From the NCBI GenBank assembly GCA_965214705.1, contig OZ243972.1, forward strand, positions 4,106,123-4,170,122: a DNA stretch of 64,000 nucleotides. Direction: 5' to 3'. The DNA is from Alphaproteobacteria bacterium. Lineage in GTDB: Bacteria; Pseudomonadota; Alphaproteobacteria; UBA828. The notes beneath the pieces were generated by a model. That model ran no database searches. It saw only the letters and a program-made list of their open reading frames with translations, and was not told the origin of the DNA. The stretch's first letter is position 1, and each line of letters begins with the position of its first letter. Shown here piece by piece: positions 30,820-44,548 of this stretch. A program made the translations under genes and the position numbers.

Positions 30820-31261
30820 CCGTGATCACTGGCCTCGCCAGACCAACCTCTCCGTTCAGATACTCGACCAGTGGAAAGAAGACGAGGCCTTATCCTCCTG
30901 GCCAGCCGGGCGCGGCCGACTCTGGGTCAATCATTCGGTGCTGACGGCGCTCAGCAGCTGGCAATGGTCGCTCGATCCACAATCGTCGACTCCGATAGGC
31001 GCGCGGAACCGTCGCTCCCTCGTGGAAACCACGAGAGGCGAGAGTATGGTCAAGCTCACGATTGCCGCTGACGGGAATGGGCGAAGCGTTCGTCTGGAAG
31101 CTCAAGATAGCTGGCTTGCCTCGCCAGACTCGGGGCGTCGCTACGGCACGCCCATTCACCACTCCAACGAGGAACGCTTCCAACCGCCAGCCCGGCGGCT
31201 ACATTGTCACTGTGCTCTCGGCCTGAGTGCAGCGAATGGCTAGACGCCGCTCGATCCTGCC

Positions 31262-31665
31262 CTAGCGTTCCAAGAGCCAGTCCATCGCCTCGTAGAGTTC
31301 GTCTTCGTCGACCTCGCCTAGGGGGGCGGGTAGGAGAGGTCGTCGCCGCGTCTCTCCCCCCTGGGAGCCGGACGTGCGGGCATTACCGTATCCGGTTCCT
31401 CGCGTGTCGGGTTCGCTCAGGGAGAGCGCCTTGCCGAGGCCGCGCCGCAGGCTGTCGCCGCTGAGCCCGCGCGCGGTGGCGAGCTTCGAGCGCTGCGCCA
31501 CGATGCGGGCCACGATCATGGCCACCTCGAGATCGCGAGGCCGCGAGCGTTTGCCGACAATCTGCTTCTCGTGATCCAGCCCGCGCAAGACGGCGAACAC
31601 CTCTGCGACATGACCAAAGGGGCGCGAGCGAGTGATGTCGAAGCCATCGTCCTCGTGCGCCTCCT
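31262..31665 (-). pseudogene. IS1634-family transposase fragments
   Basis: FDITRSRPFGHV, MIVARIV..SKLATAR, EVDEDELYEAMDWLLER. Confidence 0.7.
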
Positions 31666-31669
31666 CGAT

Positions 31670-31832
31670 GTCAGCGTGCCGCATGCGCCGCAGAGGCAGC
31701 GATGGGCGCGGTGTTCGGTGACCTCGAGAGGCTGCGGCTCGGGTACATCGAAGACCTGCCGACAGGCGGGCGCGCCCTGCCGGTCGGCGTCCGCGAGCTC
31801 AGCGCCACAGCCGGAACAGGCGGGAGGGTGGT
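31670..31832 (-). pseudogene. IS66 TnpC Zn-finger fragment
   Basis: CSGCG..RQVFDVP..VTEHRAHRCLCGACG. Confidence 0.7.
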
Positions 31833-32222
31833 GGCGATCACGCAAAAGCGCGCGTATTCGCTCAAAGGCTTATCCCGTTGAGCACGGCTTCTCAATATGT
31901 GGGGCACCGGGTCGCCCGCCATTCGGCGGGTAAGTCCTTGAAACAGGGAAAGAACCGGGACCATGGCGAATGATTTTGCCGACGCGGCCGGCACCCCACA
32001 TATGGAGAAGCCGGAGCCAGAGGGATAAGCCTTTTCGCTCATTTTGACAGCCTGATGTGGTGGAGCGTTGATCGGCGTGGCGCCGATCTGCAGTGCTGAG
32101 CGCGGTCCGGCTTGTGGTGTTGGTCGTCGTGATCGCGGTGGTGCGAGAGCGGCCCTGCAGGTTTGGCTGAGGGACCCTGTTGTTTTTCAGTCGATGAGCC
32201 GATCGTCGGTCTCGAGCATATT
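31832..32222 (-). repeat. inverted copy of the right end of the IS21 element (~7301-7513), interrupted by a MITE
   Basis: Essentially identical sequence in reverse orientation. Confidence 0.85.
31865..32033. mobile_element. 169-bp MITE, IS1595/ISSod11-like ends
   Basis: IR AAGGCTTATCCC; 8-bp TSD TTCGCTCA. Confidence 0.85.
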
Positions 32223-32331
32223 CGCCTACCATTCACACGCCAGAGCGTCCCGAAACCTCGTACGCTGAGGTGGCCCCGGAAAATCGGACAGGTCGTTAAG
32301 GTGTATTCCACCGTCTGACGGAGGAATGCAG

Positions 32332-32616
32332 ATGAGCGGCAAGCGACGCAGGTTTTCGGGGGAGCAGAAGGCGAAGATCGCGCTTGATGCGCTACGGGGT
32401 GATCGGACGCTCCAAGAGATCGCCTCGCGTCACCAGGTGCATCCGAACCAAGTCGGCGCCTGGAAGCGCCAGGCGATCGAGGGACTGGCGGAGGTTTTCT
32501 CGAACGGAGGCGAGCGCCGGGCGCGGGATCATGAGAGCGAGGTCCGCGATCTGCACGCCAAGATTGGGGAGTTGATCGTAGAGCGGGATTTTTTGTCTCG
32601 CGGGTCCGGTCGATGA
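32332..32616 (+). CDS. IS3 family OrfA
   Basis: RRRFSGEQKAKIAL..HQVHPNQV..WK; ERDFL. Confidence 0.9.
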   Translation: MSGKRRRFSGEQKAKIALDALRGDRTLQEIASRHQVHPNQVGAWKRQAIEGLAEVFSNGGERRARDHESEVRDLHAKIGELIVERDFLSRGSGR

Positions 32617-33548
32617 GCCGGGCCGAGCGTCGGGCGATGGTGGTGCGCGACCATCCGTCGTTGAGCCTGAGCTGGCAATGCCGGCTGCTGTCGATCGGGC
32701 GCTCCTCGCTGTATTACAAGCCGAAGGGGGAGAGCGCGGAGACGCTGGCGCTGATGCGTCGGATCGACGAGCTGTTTCTGAAGTATCCGTTCTACGGCGC
32801 CCGCCAGATGGTTCGGCATCTGCGCCGCGAGGGGGTGCGGATCGGGCGGCGCCGGGCCGCTCGGCTGATGCGCCTGCTGGGTCTTCAGGCGGTCTATCGG
32901 GCGCCGCGCACCAGCGATCCGCACCCCGAGCACCGGGTGTGGCCCTATCTTCTCAAGGACTTGCGGATCGAGCGGGCGAACCACGTCTGGTGCGCCGACA
33001 TCACCTACATCCCGGTGCGCCGCGGCTTCCTCTACCTGGTGGCGATCATGGACTGGGCAAGCCGCCACGTCCTGGCCTGGCGGCTGTCGAACACGCTGGA
33101 TGCGGGCTTCTGTGTCGAGGCGCTCGAGGAGGCCCTGGAGCGCTATGGCACGCCGGAGATCTTCAACACCGATCAGGGCAGCCAGTTCACCAGCTTCGCC
33201 TTCACCGGGCGCCTGCAGGCGGCCGGCATCCGCATCTCGATGGACGGCCGGGGCCGGTGCATGGACAACATCTTCATCGAGCGGCTGTGGCGCTCGCTCA
33301 AGTACGAGGCGGTCTACCTCCACGAGATCGCCGACGGCCTCACCGCCCGGCGCGTCATCGCCGAGTGGATCGGCTTCTACAACACCGAGAGGCCTCACTC
33401 GGCGCTCGGCGGGCGGACGCCGGCCGAGGCCTACCGGGACGGCCCGCCTGTGGATATGATGGACAAGCCGCTACGCGCCTTGCCCACAGATCCACAGGCG
33501 CAACAGCAGCAACGGGAAGATCGATTCAAGGGGATTCTGGCGGCCTGA
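32613..33548 (+). CDS. IS3 family OrfB (DDE)
   Basis: WCADITYIP, FNTDQGSQF, DNIFIERLWRSLKYE. Confidence 0.93.
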   Translation: MSRAERRAMVVRDHPSLSLSWQCRLLSIGRSSLYYKPKGESAETLALMRRIDELFLKYPFYGARQMVRHLRREGVRIGRRRAARLMRLLGLQAVYRAPRTSDPHPEHRVWPYLLKDLRIERANHVWCADITYIPVRRGFLYLVAIMDWASRHVLAWRLSNTLDAGFCVEALEEALERYGTPEIFNTDQGSQFTSFAFTGRLQAAGIRISMDGRGRCMDNIFIERLWRSLKYEAVYLHEIADGLTARRVIAEWIGFYNTERPHSALGGRTPAEAYRDGPPVDMMDKPLRALPTDPQAQQQQREDRFKGILAA

Positions 33549-33691
33549 GGAACAACCGGAATACACCTTAACACGCACCTGCGGTGCTAACTATCTGAAC
33601 GAGGGTTGTTTTTTCTCCCCCACATTGTTGCATCCGGACGGGTCCGTCAACTCCCGGTTCCCTGGCTGCAACCGAAACTGGAAGAGGGGAG

Positions 33692-34816
33692 ATGCCTGGA
33701 ACCCACCTTACCGACGCCCGCGTCCGCGCCTTCAAGCCCCGCAAGACCGCATACGACATTCGCGACGGCAAGCTAAGGGGGTTCGGCCTCCGGGTATTGC
33801 CCTCGGGCGCCAAGCGCTTCTTCGTCCACTGCCAGCATCGCGGCGAGCGCGTCTGGAAGATCATGGGCGACGACGCCACCATGGATGTCCGCGAGGCGCG
33901 ATCGCGCGCCGTGACCGTCCTCGCCGCGGTCCGCCTGGGGGAGAACCCGCCACCCGATCCTGCCGAGACCCTCTTCGAGGCCGTCGCCGAAACCGTGTTC
34001 GAGCGCCGCAGCCGGGTCTGGAAGGCGGGAACGCTGGCGGTGAACCGGGCCTACCTGCGAAGCCAGATCCTGCCGCACTTCGCGGGACGGCAGATCGCCG
34101 ACATCGACCGCCGGGACGTCGCCAACTGGTTCGCTTCGCTGCGCGCCACCCCGGTCGCCGCAGACCGGTCGATGCCGGTGCTCTCCGTCATCATGCGCGA
34201 GGCCGAGGCAATGGGCTTCCGTCCCGAAGGCTCGAACCCGTGCAAGGGCATCCGGCGCTGCCGCCGTGAGGGGCGGGAGCGCTTCCTGTCGGACGATGAG
34301 ATCCGCCGCTTGTCGGCGGCACTCACGGCCCATGAGGGGCTGCATCCGGAGCAGGTGGCGGTCGTGCGCCTCCTCCTGCTGACCGGATGCCGGAAGGGCG
34401 AGATCCTGACGCTGCGCTGGTCCGACTATCGAGAGGGGCGCCTGTTCCTCCGTGACTCGAAGACGGGCCCCCGAACCGTCTGGCTGTCCGAGCCGGCCAG
34501 GAACATTCTCGACGCCCTGGAGCGAAAGGGCCGCTGGGTGTTCCCCTCGTGCCGGACGGCAGGCCCGCAGGGCAACAACTGGCTGGACCGGTTCTGGTGG
34601 AAGCTCCGCGCCGAGGCGGAGCTGGACGACGTTCGTCTCCACGACCTCCGCCATACCCATGCCAGCATCGCCCTGCGCGAGGGAGAGACCGTGCTCGCGA
34701 TCGGTCGGCTGCTCGGCCATGCCAACCCGGAGACGACCCTCAAGTACACGCACCTCAGCGACGTCATGACGATGGAAGCCGCCGAGACCGTCGGCGCCGT
34801 GCTGGAAGGAAACTGA
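33692..34816 (+). CDS. tyrosine integrase with N-terminal arm-binding domain
   Basis: DGKLRGFGLRV; TGCRKGE, DSKTG, HDLRH, LLGH, TLKY. Confidence 0.93.
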   Translation: MPGTHLTDARVRAFKPRKTAYDIRDGKLRGFGLRVLPSGAKRFFVHCQHRGERVWKIMGDDATMDVREARSRAVTVLAAVRLGENPPPDPAETLFEAVAETVFERRSRVWKAGTLAVNRAYLRSQILPHFAGRQIADIDRRDVANWFASLRATPVAADRSMPVLSVIMREAEAMGFRPEGSNPCKGIRRCRREGRERFLSDDEIRRLSAALTAHEGLHPEQVAVVRLLLLTGCRKGEILTLRWSDYREGRLFLRDSKTGPRTVWLSEPARNILDALERKGRWVFPSCRTAGPQGNNWLDRFWWKLRAEAELDDVRLHDLRHTHASIALREGETVLAIGRLLGHANPETTLKYTHLSDVMTMEAAETVGAVLEGN

Positions 34817-34819
34817 TCG

Positions 34820-36013
34820 ATGGCCGGCAGGGAACGCGTGCGGCTGACCGACGCCGCCGTCGAACGTCTCCGTCCGCGAGAACGGGAGTTCACCGTCTGG
34901 GACGACCGCATCCCCGGCCTCGGGGTCCGGGTCCGGCCCGGCGGCGGGAAGAGCTATGTCTGGTTGCAGCGATCCGGCGGGCGCTCGAAACGCATCTCCC
35001 TGGGTCCGGTGTCGCTCAGGACCGTCGCCGAGGCGCGCAGGGAATGCCTCGCGCGGCAGCTCGCCCCGGAGCCCGACAGGGAGAGCGTGCCCACACGCCG
35101 CGCCCCCTCGTTCCGGGAGTTCGTCGAGGGCGAGTGGAAGGACGCGCATTTCGAGCGCTACAAGCCCTCCACGAAAACGGGTGTCCGCTCGCTCCTCGCG
35201 AGCCAGCTGATGCCGGAGTTCGGCTCGATCCCGCTCGACCGCATTGCCACCTCACGGGTCAGGCGGTGGTTCGACACGTTCAGCCGGACCGCCCCGGTCA
35301 ACGCCAACCGCGGCCTCGACGTCCTCCGCCAGATCATGAACTTCGCCATCGACCGCGGTCACGCTGACGCCAACCCGGCCGTAGGCATCGAACCCAATCG
35401 ACGGCCGAAGCTCACCCGCTTCCTCTCCCGCGAGGAGATCGCCCGCCTCCACAGGGCGCTCGACGGGCAAGCCGGGCGGGGCAACCGCCAGCAGGCCGAC
35501 CTGATCCGGCTCCTGCTGCTGACCGGGTGCCGCAGGGGCGAGATCGTGCGCCTGCGCTGGTCCGAGGTCCAGGGCGACATGCTCATGCTGGCCGACAGCA
35601 AGACCGGGCCCCGGAAGGTCCCCCTCAATTCGCAGGCCCGGCGTATTCTCGAACGGCAACCTCGGGGAGAGAGTCCATTCGTGTTTCCGTCGGCGCGCGA
35701 TCCGTCCCGGCCGCGCCACCGGGACTTCAAGCTCTGGTACCGGGTCCGCAAGGAAGCCGGCATCGAGGATGTGCGCCTCCACGACCTCCGTCATACCGTG
35801 GCTAGCCACGCAGTGATGAACGGTGTGCCGGTGCCAGTGGTTTCGCGGCTGCTCGGACACTCCAATGTGCGAATGACCTTGCGCTACGCTCACCTCGCAG
35901 ATCGCGACATTGAGGCAGCAGCCGAGAGGATCGGCCAGGCAATCGCTAGGAGAATGGGACTGGACGCACAACTGCTCCCCTTGGATGCGTCGAGCGGCGG
36001 CTCGACCGGGTGA
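34820..36013 (+). CDS. second tyrosine integrase with N-terminal arm-binding domain
   Basis: WDDRIPGLGVRV; TGCRRGE, DSKTG, HDLRH, LLGH, TLRY. Confidence 0.93.
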   Translation: MAGRERVRLTDAAVERLRPREREFTVWDDRIPGLGVRVRPGGGKSYVWLQRSGGRSKRISLGPVSLRTVAEARRECLARQLAPEPDRESVPTRRAPSFREFVEGEWKDAHFERYKPSTKTGVRSLLASQLMPEFGSIPLDRIATSRVRRWFDTFSRTAPVNANRGLDVLRQIMNFAIDRGHADANPAVGIEPNRRPKLTRFLSREEIARLHRALDGQAGRGNRQQADLIRLLLLTGCRRGEIVRLRWSEVQGDMLMLADSKTGPRKVPLNSQARRILERQPRGESPFVFPSARDPSRPRHRDFKLWYRVRKEAGIEDVRLHDLRHTVASHAVMNGVPVPVVSRLLGHSNVRMTLRYAHLADRDIEAAAERIGQAIARRMGLDAQLLPLDASSGGSTG

Positions 36014-36516
36014 CGCACCCGTTTCATCCGCTTCACGGCCGCGAGTTCCCAGAGGTCGAGATCAAGTCGACGATGGGAGTGAAGTTGGTGAATTGCGCGG
36101 GAGATGACGGCGTGCTGAGCAGCATGCGGCGAGCCTGGACCGGCGTTGCCTGCGAGGACCCGGGTGTTGTTTCGCACGCAATATGACGACGGCGTTGCCG
36201 GATTGATTTGAGCGCCGGAGGCGCGGATTTCTCGGATAGATCAGGCTTTTCCGGATCGATGAGCAAGCTGCGACGACGCATATCCGTTCGCCCCTTGAGG
36301 GTTGAACGGATGGTTTGGTCCTGCTGGTTGGGAGGAGGCTGCCCGCGACGCTCAGGGGCTTCAGGGAACGGGAACGAGCGGTGGCGGCACCATGGTCGGT
36401 GCCGGCCAGTGCTGCGCACTCGGCCGCCCGGGCGTCTCAGAACGGGGTATCCAACTCCGGGAACAGCGGCAGTTGTTCCCCGTCGTCGAGGGGCGGCGGG
36501 CAGTTGGGCTCGTAGT

Positions 36517-36540
36517 GTGTGCTGGGCAGCGCCCAGATCA
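36517..36540 (+). repeat. 24-nt relic identical to the 5' end of the inner group II intron
   Basis: GTGTGCTGGGCAGCGCCCAGATCA = 60858-60881; both preceded by TAGT. Confidence 0.75.
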
Positions 36541-36549
36541 TACCAAGCG

Positions 36550-36710
36550 CAGGGCTGATTTATTCATTCGGGAAATCATCATAAAATCAACCGATTACCG
36601 CGAACGGCATCTTCTCTTCAAAACCGATGCGCTCGTCCGAAAGCTGCTGTTGGATCAATGCAGTACCCGGATGCGGCTTCGATCTCAGCACTGAGAACGA
36701 ATTTGCCGTG
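36550..36710. mobile_element. 161-bp ISAs1-derived MITE
   Basis: Ends CAGGGCTGATTT / AGAACGAATTTGCCGTG, the latter identical to the 3183 end; 10-bp TSD ATACCAAGCG. Confidence 0.85.
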
Positions 36711-36848
36711 ATACCAAGCGCGTTCCAAATTGAATCGCCGGCCCAATATGTTGTAGTGACGAGCTGGACCACCTCCATAGACTGTGGTGATCGACTCACC
36801 AGCGTCGGAGGAGGACGATGAGTGCGGCAACGCCGATAACCTGGACAA

Positions 36849-37361
36849 GCGCTCGCGCCCCTTGCGGCGGTAGCGCCGGATGCCCTTGCACGGGTTCGAG
36901 CCCTCCGGCCTGAGCCCCATCGCCTCGGCTTCGCGCATGATGACGGAGAGCACCGGCATCGACCGGTCGGCGGCGACCGGGGTGGCGCGCAGCGAGGCGA
37001 ACCAGTTGGCGACGTCCCGGCTGTCGATGTCGGCGACCTGGCGTCCCGCGAAGTGCGGCAGGATCTGGCTGCGCAGATAGGCCCGGTTCACCGCCAGCGT
37101 TCCCGGCTTCCAGACCCGGCTGCGGCGCTCGAACGCGGCCTCGGCGACGGCCTCGAAGAGGGTCTCGGTGGGATCGCGTGGCGGGTCCTCGCCCAGGCGA
37201 ATGGCGGCGAGCATGGTCACGGCGCGCGTTCGCGCCTCGCGGACATCCATGGCGGCGGCATCGCCTATGATCTTCCAGACGCGCTCGCCGCGATGCTGGG
37301 AGTGGACGAAGAAGCGCTTTGCGCCCGAGGGCAGCACGCGGAGGCCGAACCCCCTTAGCTT
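36849..37361 (-). pseudogene. truncated inverted paralogue of integrase 33692..34816
   Basis: KLRGFGLRVLPSGAKRFFVH..SNPCKGIRRYRRKGRER; catalytic domain absent. Confidence 0.85.
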
Positions 37362-37610
37362 GGGGGCTTATACGCCCAACTAGCCAAAACGCTAGACGTT
37401 GGGTTTCCGGGTTTACGGATCCCCGTATGTTGTAGTTCGGTTAGCTAAGCGTATAAGCTCCTATTGAAAGCCTCCCCTCCCCTCCGGCATCGGCTTGGTA
37501 ACCCCGGTCCCTTCGAACTATGGTGCGGGCGTGCGGACGGTCCGACACGGGAACGCATGCCCGCCGACCGTCGCGGGCACATCGCCGGTGAATTCGACCG
37601 AGTCGTTTCG

Positions 37611-40600
37611 ATGATGAAGCTTGAGAGCATCCTTCCCGGCACCCGGCTCGCGGGCATCCTCGGCGACGGCGCGGTGGAGGTCGTCGCCACCCGCGCCTAC
37701 GGACCCGGCGCCGTCGAGGTGACCTGGAAGGGGCCGGACGGGCTCGGCCAGCGGATTCTCTTTCGCGACGACGAGCCCCGGCTCGGGGAGGTCTCGCCGG
37801 GCCGCCGGTTCGCCTTCGACGGCGACGGCCGCCTGTTCCGGCTGGCCTCCGAAGCGCTGCGCATCCGCCTCGCCCATCTCTTCGATCCCTACGTCGCCGT
37901 CAATGCCTCGCGGATCGAACCGCTGCCGCATCAGTTGACGGCCGTCTACGGCGCCATGCTCGATCGCCAGCCGCTGCGCTTCCTGCTGGCCGACGACCCG
38001 GGCGCCGGCAAGACCGTGATGGCCGGGCTGCTGGTCAAGGAGCTGCTGATCCGGGGCAGCCTGGAGCGCTGCTTGATCGTCGCGCCGGGAAGCCTGGTGG
38101 AGCAGTGGCAGGACGAGCTCATGGACAAGTTCGACCTCGCCTTCGACATCCTGAGTCGGGAGCAGGCCGAGGCCTCGGCGACCGGCAACCCCTTCGCCGA
38201 GCGGCCGCGCCTCATCGCCAGGCTCGACGTGCTGGCCCGCAACGACGATCTCAAGGCGAAGCTGGAATCCGCGCCCGAATGGGACCTCATCGTATGCGAC
38301 GAAGCGCACCGAATGTCCGCGAGCTTCTTCGGACAGGAGGTCAAGTACACCAGGCGCTTCCAGCTGGGCGCGCTGGCAGGGCGGCTCGCGCGGCATTTCC
38401 TGCTGATGACGGCGACGCCGCACAACGGCAAGGAGGCCGATTTCCAGCTCTTCATGGGGCTCCTGGATGCCGACCGGTTCGAGGGGCGCTTCCGGGAAGG
38501 CATCCACAAGGTCGATCCCTCCGACATGATGCGCCGGCTCACCAAGGAAGAGCTGTTCCGTTTCGACGGCAGCCCGCTCTTCCCCGAACGCCGGGCGTAC
38601 ACCGTCTCCTATGCGCTGTCGCCGCGCGAGGCCGCACTCTACGAGGCGGTCACCCACTACGTCCGCGAAGAGATGAACCGCGCCGACCGCCTGTCCGAAG
38701 ACGGCTCCAGACGGCGGAACAACGTGGGCTTCGCGCTGCAGGTCCTCCAGCGCCGCCTCGCGTCCTCTCCGGCCGCGATTCACGAATCGCTCAAGCGGCG
38801 CCTGTCGCGCCTCGAAGCGCGCCTGCAGGAAGAGAGGCTCGGGCAGGCGGGCGGCGGATCCGCCGGGCCGCTTTCGCGGCCGGAAGCCCCGCCAGCGCTC
38901 GACGAGGACGACCTGGATGATGCCTCGGGAGAGGAGCTGGAGGCCCACGAGGACACCCTTCTGGATCGGGCCACGGCGGCGCAGACCGTTGCCGAGCTCG
39001 AAGCGGAAATCGCCAGGCTCGGACGTCTCGAACGCATGGCCGGCGCCCTCCGCCGCTCCGGCGAGGACACCAAGTGGCGCGAACTCGACCGCATCCTCGA
39101 CGATCCCCTGCTGCACGACCCCGCACGGGACATCGGGCGCAAGATCGTCGTCTTCACCGAGGCGCGCGACACCCTGGAATACCTGGCGGGACGCATCCGC
39201 GGCCGTACCGGCGAGGCGGAGAGCGTCGCGGTCATCCACGGCGGCGTGCCGCGCGACCGGCGGCGGGCCACGATCGCCGCCTTCAACGACGATCCCGCCG
39301 TGCGCTTCCTGCTGGCCAACGACGCCGCCGGCGAGGGCGTCAACCTGCAGCGCGGCGCCCACCTCATGGTCATCTACGACCTGCCGTGGAACCCGAACCG
39401 CCTGGAGCAGCGCTTCGGGCGCATCCACAGGATCGGCCAGACCGAGGTCTGCCACCTGTGGAACCTGGTGGCGAGCGAGACCCGCGAAGGCGCGGTCTAC
39501 CGGCGGCTCCTGGAGAAGCTGGAGACGGCGCGGGAGGCCCTCGGCGGCAAGGTCTACGACGTGCTGGGCGAGCTGTTCGAGGCGCGGCCCCTGCGGGAGT
39601 TGTTCATGGAGGCGATCAGGTACGGAGAGCGGCCGGAGGTGCGCGAGCGCCTGTTCCGGGCGATCGACGGCGCGGTCGACGTCGACAACGTCAACGACCT
39701 CGTGGCCCGCAACAAGCTCACGCAGGAAGGTCTCGATCCAACGATGGTGCGGAGCGTGCGGGAGGATATGGAGCGGGCGGCTGCGCGCCGGCTCCAGCCG
39801 CATCACATCCGCTCTTTCTTCCAAGCCGCCTTCGCCGAGGCGGGCGGTGTCCTGCGCCCGCGCGAGAAGGGGCGCTTCGAGGTCACGCGCGTCCCACCGA
39901 TCCTGCGCGACCGCGACCGCCTGATCGGCCGCGCCGATCCGGTGCTGCCGCGCTACCGGCGGATCTGCTTCGACAAGGAGCGCGTTGGTGGCCAGCCGCA
40001 GGCCGCCCTGGTGGCGCCGGGCCATCCGTTGCTCGACTCCCTGATCGACCTCACGCTGGAACGCTACCGGGACCTGCTCGCGCGAGGCGCGGTGCTGGTG
40101 GACGCGACGGACCGGCACGAGGGTCTGCGCGTTCTGATCGCGCTGCGCCATGCCGTCCGCGACGGCCGGACGACACGACACGGCAGGCCGCAATCGATCT
40201 CCGAGCGGCTTCAGTTCGTCTGGCTCGACGAGGCCGGCAGGGCAATCGACGGCGGACCGGCGCCCTATCTCGATTGCCGCGCGGCGCGAGAGGAAGAACG
40301 CGGCCGGTTGGCGGAACTCACGGAAGCACCCTGGCTCAAGGAGCCCCTGGAGGAGCGGGCGCGGACTCTCGCGGTCACCGGTCTCGTGCCCCGGCACCTG
40401 AGCGAGGTGAAGGAACGGCGCCTTGCCGAGCTCGACAAGATCGAGGCCGCGGTCAAGGAGCGAATGCGTAGGGAGATCGCCCACATCCAGCACCGCGCCC
40501 TTGAGATCGAAGCCGAGGAGCGGGCCGGAAAGAAGCCCCGGCTCAACTCCGAGAACCTCCGGCGCCAGGCAGAGGTCCTGACCGACCGGCTGGAGCAGCG

Positions 40601-41155
40601 GCTTGCCGAGATCGCGCGGCAGCGGGACATGGCTCCGCTGCCGCCGGAGATCTGCGGCGCGTCCTTGGTCGTGCCGGCGGGATTGCTGGCTTCGGAGAAG
40701 ATCGAGGAAGAAGCCGCTGCCGGTGTCGCCGATGCCGCCGACCCGCTCTCCCGCGCGGAGGTCGAGGCCATGGCCATGCGGGCGGTCATGGAGCGCGAGC
40801 GGAGCCTGGGCTTCGAGCCCCGCGACGTCTCCGCCGAAAACCGGGGCTACGATATCGAGAGTGCCGATCCCGGGACCGGGCGGCTCCGCTTCATCGAGGT
40901 CAAGGGGCGCCGTGCCGACGCCCGCGCCGTCACAATCACACGCAACGAGATGCTGGCCGCGCTCAACTCCGGCGACTCCTTCATCCTGGCCGTGGTGTTC
41001 GTCGAAGGAGAGTCGGTGCACGAACCTCTCTATGTGCCCGACCCCGCTCCGGTGTTCGGCCCGGAGCCAGGTTTCAACGAGGTCCACCGCGCGATCTCCG
41101 TGGCCTCGATCGAGGCTGCTGCGCAACAGGGCCGATCCGCTGGGAAGCGACTCCG

Positions 41156-41159
<4 letters not shown>
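37611..41159 (+). CDS. SNF2-type helicase with C-terminal DUF3883 nuclease-like domain
   Basis: LLADDPGAGKT, DEAH, TATPH, GEGVNLQ, PWNPNRLEQRFGRIHRIGQ; GYDIES..FIEVKG. Confidence 0.92.
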
Positions 41160-44047
<2,888 letters not shown>

Positions 44048-44084
44048 GCGCAGGGATCGAGAATTCGGTGAAGTCCGCCGGATC

Positions 44085-44336
44085 ATGAAGACGACGCGAT
44101 ATTTCCGGGAGCAGGTTCTGCGCAAACGTCCCTATATCGACCCGGCATGGTGCGCCGCGGTCGTCGCCGAGCCTCTGCGGCGCGAGGAGCAATCCGACGG
44201 CCGCATCCGGTTCTGGGGAGAAGTCAGGCGGGCCGGCGAGGACGCGCCTCGCATCCTGCGCGTCGTTACGCTGGACGATGGCGAAACGGTCCACAACGCA
44301 TTCTTCGACCGGGGTTTCGGAAGGGGAGAACGATGA
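44085..44336 (+). CDS. BrnT/RelE-like toxin (DUF4258-like)
   Basis: 83 aa; DGRIRFWG, LRVVTLDDGETVHNAFFDR. Confidence 0.7.
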   Translation: MKTTRYFREQVLRKRPYIDPAWCAAVVAEPLRREEQSDGRIRFWGEVRRAGEDAPRILRVVTLDDGETVHNAFFDRGFGRGER

Positions 44337-44548
44337 AGCTGCACTACTATAAGGAGACCGACAGCCTGTACATCGAATTCCGGCCCGGACCGGGGGCCGA
44401 GACGCGGGAGGTTTCAGACGGGCTGAACGTCGATCTCGACAGCGAGGGCGGCGTGGTCGGATTCGATATCGACCATGCCTCGCGGCGGCTCGATCTGTCC
44501 ACGCTGGAGACCGAGTCGCTGCCGCTGCATTCGATCAAAGTGGGATGA
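44333..44548 (+). CDS. DUF2283 family protein (putative antitoxin)
   Basis: MKLHYYKETDSLYIEF..DLDSEGGVVGFDI; ATGA overlap. Confidence 0.82.
   Translation: MKLHYYKETDSLYIEFRPGPGAETREVSDGLNVDLDSEGGVVGFDIDHASRRLDLSTLETESLPLHSIKVG

Larger units (their letters stand above)
32266..33573 (+). mobile_element. IS3-family element, outer part of right IR missing
   Basis: IRL TGAGGTGGCCCC..TTAAGGTGTATTCC; only GGAATACACCTTAAC remains on the right. Confidence 0.85.

Noticed and set aside
30830-31260. Possible gene upstream of the R-M enzyme
   Set aside because: No convincing frame or motif
36020-36516. Possible IS91-like transposase C-terminus (..EQLPLFPELDTPF*) on the - strand
   Set aside because: Too short, and no ori/ter end identified
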